A stretch of 64,000 bases of DNA from an uncultured delta proteobacterium (GTDB lineage Bacteria > Desulfobacterota > Syntrophia > Syntrophales > UBA2185), in NCBI GenBank assembly GCA_963695875.1, contig CAVOID010000005.1:128001-192000 (forward strand), given 5' to 3'. Below, in pieces: positions 10,215 to 19,640 of the stretch. Position 1 is the stretch's first letter; each line of letters starts with the position of its first letter. The notes below the pieces were generated by a model. The model was not told the origin of the DNA and did no database searches. It was given only the letters and a program-made list of their open reading frames with translations. A program made the translations under genes and the position numbers.

Positions 10215-10925
10215 ATGAGATCATGGACAGCTGCCCTGATAATCATTATCACCCTATCGGCTACTCCGGTCTTTGCGGAGAACAAACAGGTCCTTTTTCG
10301 TGAGGATTTTAACAGCCTCTCCACTTGGGAACCTCTCACCTTTCCGAAAATCAAAAAGCACTCAACTTATACCATCGTTACTGATGGGGGCCACTCTTTT
10401 TTGAAGGCGGAAAGTCACGCTTCCGCCTCGGCTATCGTCTATCGAAAAACTTTTAACGTATACGAATATCCGCTGATGAGTTGGAGATGGAAGGTAGATA
10501 ATGTATACAAAAAGGGAGACCCTCACAAAAAATCAGGGGATGATTACCCGATCCGGATATACGTCATATTTCAGTATGATCCGAAACAGGCTGATTTTAC
10601 GGAACAGCTGCAATACGGCATAGCTAAAACGCTCTATGGGAAATACCCGCCCGACAGTACGTTAAACTATGTATGGACGGGCTATCAGACCGATGAACGA
10701 ATTATCACTAATCCTTACACCGACAGGGCAAAGATAATCATCCTTGAGAATGATCGAAACAAGGTGGGAACCTGGGTCGAGGAGAAGGTGAATATCCTGG
10801 ATGACTACAGGACGGCCTTCGGCAAGGAACCACCGGCAACTGCAAGTATCGCTATCATGAACGACTCGGACGATACGGGAGAAATGGCTGTCTCATATGT
10901 TGATTACATCGAGGTGTTCAAATGA
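10215..10925 (+). CDS. DUF3047-like secreted protein
   Basis: Signal peptide, LMSWRWKV, KSGDDYPIRIYVIF, LNYVW, DYRTAFG, IMNDSDDT. Confidence 0.8.
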   Translation: MRSWTAALIIIITLSATPVFAENKQVLFREDFNSLSTWEPLTFPKIKKHSTYTIVTDGGHSFLKAESHASASAIVYRKTFNVYEYPLMSWRWKVDNVYKKGDPHKKSGDDYPIRIYVIFQYDPKQADFTEQLQYGIAKTLYGKYPPDSTLNYVWTGYQTDERIITNPYTDRAKIIILENDRNKVGTWVEEKVNILDDYRTAFGKEPPATASIAIMNDSDDTGEMAVSYVDYIEVFK

Positions 10926-11113
10926 AATACCCTTCCTGTGAAATAGCCTCAGTTATTCCCCCTTTATGAAAGGGGAACTGCACAGTTTTTTATGGTTACG
11001 CGCTGGAGCCTGCCCTCGAATGCTTTTATCGGGGGCGGAACAAGTCTCATGCTTTATGGTACCGCCACTGTGAATGAATGTTTCCTGCAAAAACACATTC
11101 AAAGAATCACACT

Positions 11114-12271
11114 ATGGATTTGATTTATTTTGATAACGCCGCTACTTCCTGGCCGAAGCCCGAAGAAACATACACTGCCATGGACCGCTACGGCAGGACG
11201 ATCGGCGGAAGCCCCGGCCGTTCGGGTCACAGGCGATCCATCGAGGCAGGCCGCATTATTCTGGACACGAGAGAGGCCCTTGCCCGGCTGCTTGGAATAG
11301 ATGATGTGTTTCAGCTCGTCTTTACGATGAATGCCACCGAGGCACTGAACCTGGCTATCTTTGGTCTCCTGTCTTCAGGCGACCATGTTATCACGTCGAG
11401 CATGGAACACAACTCGGTGATGAGGCCACTTCGGGCCCTGGAAGAAAGGGGTGTTGAAGTATCGGTCATCATGTGTTCGCCACGGGGAGAACTTGATCCC
11501 CAGGATGTCCTTGACGCCATAAAAAATAACACGAAGGCGATTTACCTGACCCACGCCTCCAATGTAACGGGCACAATCATGCCTATTCGTGAGGTCGGAA
11601 AAATTACCAGGGATCATGGCCTTACTTTTTGTATAGACGCGGCACAGACGGCGGGGGTCCTCACCCTTGATATAGATGAATTGAACATCGACCTCTTAGC
11701 CTTTACAGGCCATAAGTCGCTCTATGGCCCCCAGGGGACGGGAGGACTCTATATCAGAAAGAGTCTGGAGAAAGAAATCCAGCCGCTCATGGTGGGAGGT
11801 ACCGGCAGCCGTTCGGAGTTTGAAACACAGCCGGATTTCATGCCGGATAAATACGAATGCGGCACACCAAATGGCATCGGGCTTGCCGGGTTGGGCGCCG
11901 GTGTGGATTTTATCCTCGCGACAGGTATGAGTAACATACGGGCTAAAGAAAAGACTCTCACGCAACTCTTCCTCGATGGTTTGAAACCTATACAAGGCGT
12001 TACCATTTACGGCCCCGGCGACGCGACACGGCAAATTTCCGTAGTCTCTTTTAATATCGCCGGCGTAATGCCTTCCGAGGCCTCCCTGGCCCTTGATGAG
12101 CAATTCGGTATTATGTCCAGACCGGGACTCCATTGCGCGCCTTCTGCACACAGAACGATAGGCACTTTCCCGGGAGGCACTGTCCGTCTAAGTTTCGGAT
12201 ACTTTAACACCGAGGATGAGGTCGATCATGCCCTTGAGGCGGTGCGTAAATTAAGCCAGCAAGGGCAATGA
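11114..12271 (+). CDS. Class V aminotransferase, cysteine desulfurase / selenocysteine lyase-like
   Basis: IYFDNAATSWPKP, MEHNSVMRP, HASNVTG, FTGHKSLYGPQG, RPGLHCAP. Confidence 0.92.
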   Translation: MDLIYFDNAATSWPKPEETYTAMDRYGRTIGGSPGRSGHRRSIEAGRIILDTREALARLLGIDDVFQLVFTMNATEALNLAIFGLLSSGDHVITSSMEHNSVMRPLRALEERGVEVSVIMCSPRGELDPQDVLDAIKNNTKAIYLTHASNVTGTIMPIREVGKITRDHGLTFCIDAAQTAGVLTLDIDELNIDLLAFTGHKSLYGPQGTGGLYIRKSLEKEIQPLMVGGTGSRSEFETQPDFMPDKYECGTPNGIGLAGLGAGVDFILATGMSNIRAKEKTLTQLFLDGLKPIQGVTIYGPGDATRQISVVSFNIAGVMPSEASLALDEQFGIMSRPGLHCAPSAHRTIGTFPGGTVRLSFGYFNTEDEVDHALEAVRKLSQQGQ

Positions 12272-12377
12272 AAGAATGATACTCCTCCAGCGGGACAAAT
12301 AATGAACCAAAGCAGGACACGCGTTTTGCCTATCAGATTCAGAGATATATAAAAACTATCTCTATAATTTAATGTTA

Positions 12378-12427
12378 AAAATCCCCCCATCCCCCCCTTT
12401 CGCAAAGGTGGGGTTAGAGGGGATTTC
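12378..12427. repeat. REP-like palindromic element (AAATCCCCC...GGGGATTT)
   Basis: C-rich/G-rich inverted repeat around CCCCTTT...AAAGG; a related short copy lies at about 10955-10977. Confidence 0.55.
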
Positions 12428-12439
12428 GGGAGGTGCTTT

Positions 12440-13048
12440 ATGGCAAAAATCATTGATGCGAAAGGTCTGACCTGTCCGGAGCCCGTTATCCTCACCAAGA
12501 AAGCGCTGGAACAGCAGGATGACGTCATCGTTATCGTGGACGATGACATAGCCGTCGGAAACATTAAACGGCTGGGTGCGAAACTGGGACGTGCCATTAG
12601 TATTGAAAAGAAAGAAGGGGGAATTTCCCATATCCATATCTCCGGTAGTGTCGAGGCGGGGAAACAACCGGTTGCAGAAACTGACACCCCTCACTACGAA
12701 AGCTGCGGCCAGAATACCCTCGTAGTCGTCATATCTTCAGACCGGATGGGGCGGGGAGATGATGAATTAGGATATGTCCTTATCAGGAGTTTTATCCACA
12801 CCCTTCTTACTTTAAGCCCGCTCCCGGATACGATTATCTTCTACAACACCGGGGTTAAACTGGCGGCCAGGGATTCTGAGGTTATTGATGATCTGAAACA
12901 ATTAGAGAAGGCGGGCGTGTCCATTCTGGTATGCGGCACGTGCACAAATTACTTCGGCATTTCTAATGCACTCGGTGCAGGGTGCATCTCAAACATGTAC
13001 GACATCGCGAACACCATGGCCGGAGCGGGGAGGTTGATTACACCATGA
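12440..13048 (+). CDS. yedF: Sulfurtransferase-like selenium metabolism protein YedF (TusA + DsrE domains)
   Basis: IDAKGLTCPEPVILTKKAL, MGRGDDELG, FYNTGVKL, VCGTCTNY, ISNMYDI. Confidence 0.88.
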   Translation: MAKIIDAKGLTCPEPVILTKKALEQQDDVIVIVDDDIAVGNIKRLGAKLGRAISIEKKEGGISHIHISGSVEAGKQPVAETDTPHYESCGQNTLVVVISSDRMGRGDDELGYVLIRSFIHTLLTLSPLPDTIIFYNTGVKLAARDSEVIDDLKQLEKAGVSILVCGTCTNYFGISNALGAGCISNMYDIANTMAGAGRLITP

Positions 13049-13272
13049 ACAAGGCGGAAACATATGAAGTGGTCTTGTTCACATCGGTAAGTCATGCCCT
13101 GCGGGCGGAAAAAATTCTTAAAGAGGCAGGAATATCTTTTAAACTTATACCTGTTCCGCGTCACATCAGCTCTGATTGTGGGGTATGTCTCAGGTTTTCC
13201 CCGGCTTACAGAAAACAGATAGAAGAAGCCCTTGCGGGCAAAGTGGATGTTAGTGAAATTCGAGTCCTATAG
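13045..13272 (+). CDS. DUF3343-like protein
   Basis: FTSVSHALRAEK...IPVPRHISSDCGVCL; ATGA overlap with yedF. Confidence 0.85.
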   Translation: MNKAETYEVVLFTSVSHALRAEKILKEAGISFKLIPVPRHISSDCGVCLRFSPAYRKQIEEALAGKVDVSEIRVL

Positions 13273-13282
13273 AGCATGATCC

Positions 13283-13786
13283 TCATGCATTCTCCTTGGG
13301 CCCGCCGTTCCTTTGTTCATAATCCCTGATAGCTTCGAGCAATGCACTGGTACCTGAAAGAATACATTTAGCTTCGCGTCCGGGAATTCCCTCAAGAGCA
13401 AGGATAACATCAGCGTCGGTTATCCGTTTCGCCTCATCTATGGTTTTACCCCGGGCAAGAACTGTCGTCATGCTGCTTGTTGCAACGGCACCCGCACATC
13501 CGGAGGACAGGAATTTAATATCCGCAATTCTTCCTGAATCCACTTTAATCCACAACTTCATCCAGTCGCCGCAGGAGGGATCGCCGAGGTGGGCATATCC
13601 GTCAGCATGGGATATCTCACCAACATTACGGGGATTCGTAGAGTGGTCTGCCACCAGTTCGTTATAAAAAAGTACGGGACCATGGGGGAGCTCCATTCCC
13701 AGCTCCAGCTCCATATCTTCCGGTGTCTTTCTCCTATAGAGGTCCATCCAGTTATCAGATTTTCTCTTTGTTTGCCTTTGCCTCAT
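13283..13786 (-). CDS. NifU/IscU-like Fe-S scaffold
   Basis: NPRNVG, GDPSCGD, SGCAGAVATSS, third Cys in EAKC. Confidence 0.85.
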   Translation of the reverse strand: MRQRQTKRKSDNWMDLYRRKTPEDMELELGMELPHGPVLFYNELVADHSTNPRNVGEISHADGYAHLGDPSCGDWMKLWIKVDSGRIADIKFLSSGCAGAVATSSMTTVLARGKTIDEAKRITDADVILALEGIPGREAKCILSGTSALLEAIRDYEQRNGGPKENA

Positions 13787-13960
13787 TGTATCACCTGCTG
13801 TTGATCATCTTTCCGGAGGGCGAATATAGAAGAAGTAGCTATACATGTCAATGGAAAATTAAACGCGTTATGGGAGGGCATTTCTTCAGTACATGCATAT
13901 TTAACCGATTTATGTTATATTTTAAATCCAGCGATAAGGAAGGCGTAGCTGAGAATTATC

Positions 13961-14036
13961 CGTCATTGCGGGCACCCAGCAGGTGCGCGGCAATCTCATC
14001 AGAAGAGATAGATCGCCACGCTTCGCTCGCGATGAC
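13961..14036. repeat. Palindromic GTCATTGCG...CGCGATGAC element
   Basis: Terminal inverted arms typical of dispersed REP/RPE-like elements; intergenic. Confidence 0.55.
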
Positions 14037-14123
14037 AATTTGTTATCGCTGGATTTGGGTATATATTAAATGATATTTAAGAAGACATGGCTCAACCCTG
14101 AGCCTGTCTGCCAAGGGAAATAA

Positions 14124-15404
14124 ATGAAAAAATTAACTGATCCTGACAAGATAACTTCACGGAAGCGTCAAGTCGAAAGAAAATACCCCCGTCTGTTTGA
14201 AAAGCTAAGCAAATCAGAGCAGGAAAAATCGGTCATTCTTGATGCCATGACAGAGCTCGTCTTGTACCTTGATAAAGATTTGAGGGTAATATGGGCCAAT
14301 AAGGCTATGCATGAATCGTTTAATCTGGCACCCGGCCAATTGAACAAGAGGCACTGCTATGAGGCACTTCATAACAGAAGCAGGGCATGCCGCATTTGTC
14401 CGGCTATGAAGACACTCGAGACCGGTGAGCCGCACGAGGTAATCGATTTTTCATCTTACAAAAAAAATTGGGTTTTACGCAGCTATCCCGTACGGGATGA
14501 AAAAGGTTCCCTCACCGGTATTGTGGAAATAGTCACTGACATAACCAGGCGAAGAAAAGCCGAAGAAGCTTTGAGGCAATCGGAACAGAAGTACCGGGAG
14601 CTTTTTGAGAATGCCAATGACATCATTTTCATTCTGGACTTCGACGGCAAGATCCTGTCCTGTAATGCAGCCGCCTTCAAAACCTATGGCTACGAACCGG
14701 AACGGATGCTGGGACTTAATATAGAGTATCTGCTGGACCCTGCTTATCTGCCGGTCGTCAGGCAGCTCATTCGTAGGAGACGCGACAACGTGGATGTTCA
14801 AAACCCGCAGGAATTTCTCACCTACACAAAAGATGGTGAAGCCGTCTGGGTGGAGGTTAACGCCCGCATCATGAGGGAAAATGGCAGGCAGGTTTCAATT
14901 CATGGCATTGCCCGCAACATCAGTGATCGCAAAAGGATAGAAGAGGCATTGAAAAAAAGGGAGCGGGAACTGGAAGAACAATCCCGGAACCTGGAAGAGG
15001 CAAATACTGCTCTTACGGTACTCCTCAAGCGCAGGGAGGAAGATAGAGCTGAATTGGAAGAAAAAGTAATTCACAACATGAGAGAGCTCATTCTGCCGTA
15101 TATCGAGAACCTGAAAATAACCGATATTGACAGCCATCAGTCAAATCAATTGAAAATCCTTGAGAGAAATATAAACGAGATCATTTCCCCGTTTCTACGC
15201 ACCCTGTCCTCGAAATATCCAAATCTCACTCCTACGGAAATAAAGATCATCACTTTTATAAAAGAAGGACGCACGACAAAGGAGATGGCGGAGCTGCTGA
15301 ATGCGTCAGCCAGGACAGTCGAAGTTCACCGTGATAATATCAGGAAAAAACTGGGGTTGAAAAACAGGAAAGCTAATCTTAGATCCCATTTATTGTCTTT
15401 ATAA
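14124..15404 (+). CDS. PAS-PAS-LuxR HTH transcriptional regulator
   Basis: Two PAS domains (one with CY...C..CP), coiled coil, LTPTEIK...GRTTKEMA...TVEVHRDNIRKKL. Confidence 0.92.
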   Translation: MKKLTDPDKITSRKRQVERKYPRLFEKLSKSEQEKSVILDAMTELVLYLDKDLRVIWANKAMHESFNLAPGQLNKRHCYEALHNRSRACRICPAMKTLETGEPHEVIDFSSYKKNWVLRSYPVRDEKGSLTGIVEIVTDITRRRKAEEALRQSEQKYRELFENANDIIFILDFDGKILSCNAAAFKTYGYEPERMLGLNIEYLLDPAYLPVVRQLIRRRRDNVDVQNPQEFLTYTKDGEAVWVEVNARIMRENGRQVSIHGIARNISDRKRIEEALKKRERELEEQSRNLEEANTALTVLLKRREEDRAELEEKVIHNMRELILPYIENLKITDIDSHQSNQLKILERNINEIISPFLRTLSSKYPNLTPTEIKIITFIKEGRTTKEMAELLNASARTVEVHRDNIRKKLGLKNRKANLRSHLLSL

Positions 15405-15441
15405 TCTCATTTAATCCTGATCCCGAAATACTTATTTTATA

Positions 15442-15482
15442 TACGTATATATTACGTAATATTTCCGTATTGATATTTCCGT
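15442..15482 (+). promoter_or_regulatory. Phased T(A/C)CGT direct repeats, candidate operator
   Basis: TACGT/TCCGT at 15442, 15453, 15464 and 15478 (spacing 11, 11, 14). Confidence 0.45.
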
Positions 15483-15621
15483 GGATAGATGGTTCCATGA
15501 ATAAACCCTCCGGACATGAATCCCCTCAGGAAGTTCCTGTTGCGGAAATCCGCAAAAAAGATTCCCATGTACGGAGAAAAATATTTTACATGAAATTCTT
15601 ACGAAAAAGGAGGAAAGATCA

Positions 15622-16164
15622 ATGACAAAAGAGGAGAAGATCGAGGAAATCCGTCAGCGTGCCCGGAAGAATTTTTCACTGGGGTATAATTGCGCGGAAT
15701 GTGTAGCCGAAGCGGTCCTGAGTCTCGTGGAGACGGGATTGCCCAAGGAAGCAAAAAAGATGGCAACAGGATTTGGCGGCGGCATCGGGCTTTTCGGAGA
15801 CACTTGCGGCGCACTGGCAGGGGCAGTAATGGCTGTGAGTGCCGTACACGGAAGGGCTTCGCTTCCTGAAGGGACTGATCCCAAGGATGTGGCGATGAAG
15901 TCAAAGGCCCAGTTCTATGGCAAGCCAGGCGTTTACCGTATTTTCAACCAGGTCCCCAATCGCTTCAAGACTAAATACGGCAAGACCCTTTGCAGGGACT
16001 TGACCGTTCCATGGCAGAACACCTGGCTTTGCAAGGAACACGCGCTATACTGTCGTGAGATAATCACAGAAGCTGCTGGAATTGCGGCAGACCTTGTTCT
16101 TTCCGACAAGGACGAACTGGCGGCAAAGCCCTTCGGGGACAATGTAGAAAACCTCAAGGACTGA
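15622..16164 (+). CDS. C_GCAxxG_C_C family putative redox protein
   Basis: GYNCAE, GFGGGIG, TCGALAGA, LCRDL, YCREII. Confidence 0.9.
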   Translation: MTKEEKIEEIRQRARKNFSLGYNCAECVAEAVLSLVETGLPKEAKKMATGFGGGIGLFGDTCGALAGAVMAVSAVHGRASLPEGTDPKDVAMKSKAQFYGKPGVYRIFNQVPNRFKTKYGKTLCRDLTVPWQNTWLCKEHALYCREIITEAAGIAADLVLSDKDELAAKPFGDNVENLKD

Positions 16165-16226
16165 TTGAGCATGGGAGATGTAAGCAGACCGGATGTGCTT
16201 GACATGATAAACAGGGAGGACATCGC

Positions 16227-17561
16227 ATGAGTCAAAAACTGGTTATTGTAGGAGGCGGGGCGGCAGGCCCATCATCGGCTGCCGAAGCCAAGAGAAGAAA
16301 CCCGTCTCTTGAAGTGACGATGGTCGAGAAGGGTGACTTTGTTTCCTACGCGGCCTGACCGATGCCCTATTACATCGGTGATGTAATCAAAGAATCAAAG
16401 AAGTTGGTTATCCGCACGCCGGAAGAATTCAAGAAAACGGGCATCGACGTAAAGATCAAGACACGCGTGGATGGTATCGATACCAAAAAGGGTTCTCTTT
16501 CTTTATCCGACGGCACGAGTCTTCCTTACGACCTCCTGGTCATGGCTACGGGGGCCGAAGCGAGCCGCCTGGATATTCCGGGCAGAGACCTGGAAGGCGT
16601 CTACGTCTTCAGGGACTTGACCGATGCCTTGAAGATGAAATCCTACCTGAACGAACAGGGCTGTAAGAAGGCAGTTCTGATCGGGGCAGGCTATATCGGC
16701 ATGGAGATGTGCGAGGCCCTGAGAAATCTGGGGATCGAAGTGAAGGTCATGGACATCCTGCCCCGGCCCACCGTACGGTGGGATGCCGAATTCACGAAGA
16801 TGATCGTGGAAGAGCTAGCCAAGAACCAGGTGGAGTTCCTTCCGGAGACGAAACCTCTAGCCATCGAAAAGGGGAAGGAATACCGGTTGAAACTGCAAAC
16901 CAGCGGCGGCGAACTGGATGCCGATCTCGTGCTGATGGGAGTGGGTACAAAGCGGAACGCCGTGCTTGCCGAATCTATGGGACTTGCCTTGGGTGAAAGC
17001 GGCGCCATCAAGGTGGATTTCCGGCAGAAGACATCCCGGGAAGGGGTCTATGCGGTGGGAGACTGCTGTGAGGTCTTCCACAAGGTCGCCGGAAGATGGG
17101 TCTATTTTCCTCTCGGCGATGTCGCCAACAAGCAGGGTCGTGTTGCCGGTCAGAACATCGGCGGTTATCCGGCAGAATTCCCGGGTATCGTGGGCGCCCA
17201 GGCCTTCAAGGTCTTCAACCTGGAGGTGGCTGCCACGGGACTTACGGAAGAGGAAGCCGCAAAATACGGGTTCCAGCCGGTGAGCGCCATGATCTGGGGT
17301 CTTCCTGTCGGCCGTCCCATGGCGAAAGGTGAAAAGCTGGGCGTGAAACTTGTCGGTGACAAAACGACGGGAAAACTTCTCGGCGGCCAGTGCATCGGTG
17401 AGAAAGGGGCCGTTCAACGGGTCAGCAGCCTTTCTGTTGCCCTGTGGGCGGGACTTTCCGTGGACGAGATCGGCTACCTTGATCTCCCATACGCGCCGCC
17501 CTTCGGAGGCGCCTGGGACGCCATCCACATCGCCGCCCAGTCTCTCAGGGGAAAGATGTAA
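16227..17561 (+). CDS. Selenoprotein: FAD-dependent NADH oxidase / CoA-disulfide reductase family (U44)
   Basis: RBS GGAGG then MSQKLVIVGGGAAG...VSYAA-TGA(16356-16358)-PMPYY, in frame with ORF 16362. The paralog at 23455 has SYGACGLPY. Confidence 0.9.
16369..16387 (+). promoter_or_regulatory. Candidate SECIS hairpin
   Basis: ATTACATC-GGT-GATGTAAT, perfect 8-bp stem starting 11 nt after the TGA. Confidence 0.75.
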
Positions 17562-17758
17562 ATTGAGAAGTCATCGAAGAGAAATGTCCCGAGTGAATAA
17601 GACTCAACAGTGATGAGAGGATTCGAAGTTGGCATTAGAGAACGATCCGGGATTGGAGATAGTAGCCGTCAAGATCGGACGCGAGGTGCGAGGAAAGCTA
17701 CAGAGGTCTGGACGGCACATTCGCGAGTTTTGCGTATAGCTGTCTTGACAAAAAGGCT

Positions 17759-17953
17759 ATGCCGGGTTTTCACGAAAAGGGTCTCATTGCTGAAGCTGAA
17801 CTGAAGGAAGGAGGCATGCTCCTCGTATTGTCCGGAAAGAGGACCGACAGCGAATTGATGGAAATCATGGACATTGCCTTAGAGAATATAGGGGCATTTC
17901 CCGGCGTGCGGGCCGGGGCAAAATATATAATAGACGTCAAGTCTAAAGAATAA
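17759..17953 (+). CDS. Hypothetical protein or gene remnant
   Basis: 64-aa ORF with no recognisable motif and no clear RBS. Confidence 0.25.
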   Translation: MPGFHEKGLIAEAELKEGGMLLVLSGKRTDSELMEIMDIALENIGAFPGVRAGAKYIIDVKSKE

Positions 17954-17971
17954 ACTAATTCGGAGGATATT

Positions 17972-19423
17972 ATGGCATTAAAAACTTCAAAGGAGTATCT
18001 GGAGAGCGTAAAGAAACTGTCACCCCATGTCTATTGCGGGGGGAAATGGGTGAAGGGTCTGCTCAACAACAAAATAACGCGTTCCATGGTCATGGCCAAC
18101 GCGGCGATTTACGAGCTCGCTGAAGACCCGAAATACAAGGAAATCATGGTCGCTACATCCCACCTTACGGGAGAGCCAATCAACCGCAACCTTAACGTTG
18201 CACGCAACATCCACGACCTGGACATGCGGCAGGAGATGGCCCTCTTGACGAGCCAGACAGTGGGCACCTGCAACTACCGCTGCGTCGGTTGCGATGCCCT
18301 CAACAGCCTTGCCTCCACGACGTGGGAGATGGACCGGGATCTGGGAACGAAGTATAATGAAAGATTCAATAAGTGGCTTACATATGCGCAGGCCAACGAC
18401 CTGGCCGTCTCCGGCGCCATAACCGATGCAAAAGGAGACAGGAAAAAGAGGCCTTCCCAGCAGGACGAACCTGATACATACATTCACCTCGTCGAAAAAC
18501 GGCAAGACGGGATCGTGGTCCGCGGGATCAAGGTGAGCCAGAGCGGCGCCATAGGGTCGCATGAAACTCTTGTTCTTCCAGGCGGCGCCTTGAAAGAAGG
18601 CGAAGAGGCCTTCGCCCTGTGCTTCGCTGTTCAGAACGGAGCACCGGGGATTACATACATCTGCCAGTACAATGCATACTCGGCAGAGCGGGAATTTTGT
18701 GAAGAGGAAGCCGAGATTGGGAATCCCGTCTTCGGACAAAGGGAAACCTCGACAATGGTTTTTGACAATGTCTTCATTCCCTGGGAGCGGGTTTTCCTCT
18801 GCGGCGAGACCAAGTACTGCGGGAAAATGGTCACCCGGTTCGCCAAGGCCCACCGCATGAACTGCGGCGGGGCCTGCAAGGTGGGATTTGCCGACCTGAT
18901 TATCGGAGGCACCGTGCTTGCCGCCGAATACACCGGTGTGGACAAGGTCCCTCACATCCAGGAGAAGATCATCGACATGGTCCGCTTCAGCGAGACATCC
19001 CACGCCTGCGCTATCGCCGCAGCCATGCGGGGACGGGAAGAACCCAAGGGATCGGGCGTCTTCCTGCCGGATGATCTCTTCGGAAACGCAGCCAAGCTGA
19101 ACATCGCCCACGGATTCTGGGAAATCATCAAGAATGCCGGAGATATCGGCGGCGGCCTGGTTGTGACCATGCCGAGGCTGAAGGATCTTGAAGACCCGGA
19201 GGTCGGTCCCATGCTGAAAAAGGCTTTCACGGCTGCAGCCCCGGCGGAGAAGCGTCTCAAGGTCGCAAAGTTCCTGCAGCACTGGGCAGCCGGTCTGCAT
19301 GGCACGGGTACCTGGCACGGCGCCGGCGCCCCCCAGACCCAGCGGTTCATGATCTCTGTACTTACGGACTTTGACGCCAAGAAAAAGATGGCCAAGAAGC
19401 TCATGGGCATGAAGGAAGAATAA
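17972..19423 (+). CDS. 4-hydroxybutyryl-CoA dehydratase-like protein (AbfD/HpaB family)
   Basis: SHLTGEPINR, CNYRCVGCD (cf. CFQRCVGMD), TDAKGDR, FDNVFIPWERVF, HRMNCGGACK, HGAGAP. Confidence 0.85.
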   Translation: MALKTSKEYLESVKKLSPHVYCGGKWVKGLLNNKITRSMVMANAAIYELAEDPKYKEIMVATSHLTGEPINRNLNVARNIHDLDMRQEMALLTSQTVGTCNYRCVGCDALNSLASTTWEMDRDLGTKYNERFNKWLTYAQANDLAVSGAITDAKGDRKKRPSQQDEPDTYIHLVEKRQDGIVVRGIKVSQSGAIGSHETLVLPGGALKEGEEAFALCFAVQNGAPGITYICQYNAYSAEREFCEEEAEIGNPVFGQRETSTMVFDNVFIPWERVFLCGETKYCGKMVTRFAKAHRMNCGGACKVGFADLIIGGTVLAAEYTGVDKVPHIQEKIIDMVRFSETSHACAIAAAMRGREEPKGSGVFLPDDLFGNAAKLNIAHGFWEIIKNAGDIGGGLVVTMPRLKDLEDPEVGPMLKKAFTAAAPAEKRLKVAKFLQHWAAGLHGTGTWHGAGAPQTQRFMISVLTDFDAKKKMAKKLMGMKEE

Positions 19424-19443
19424 TTAAGGAGATCAAATGAAGA

Positions 19444-19478
19444 AAAAAGAGGCGAGGCGTTTTAGCTTGCCTCTTTTT
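19444..19478 (+). terminator. Rho-independent terminator
   Basis: AAAAAGAGGCGAG...CTTGCCTCTTTTT. Confidence 0.7.
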
Positions 19479-19640
19479 ATTTTGTCGGACTGAACTGTGA
19501 GATGTTTGAGTCAGCACACAACAACACGCTTTATCCCCTTTTCAAAATTATGACGTCAGTTGAGTTTATGAAGGACGTGTACAGATAATCTTTCATCTGA
19601 ACAGAGAATTTAAAACCCAGAATCATAAAGGAGGAATATC

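Noticed and set aside
17562..17760. CPE-TGA (CxxU-like) and a faint GAPDH-like stretch (LALENDPGLEIVAV)
   Set aside because: No start or RBS, no hairpin at the expected spacing, the frame closes soon after, and the similarity is too weak to call.
18020..19318. Long antisense ORF (432 aa) and similar shadow ORFs across the window
   Set aside because: They lie opposite well-supported genes and lack motifs; codon-bias shadows.
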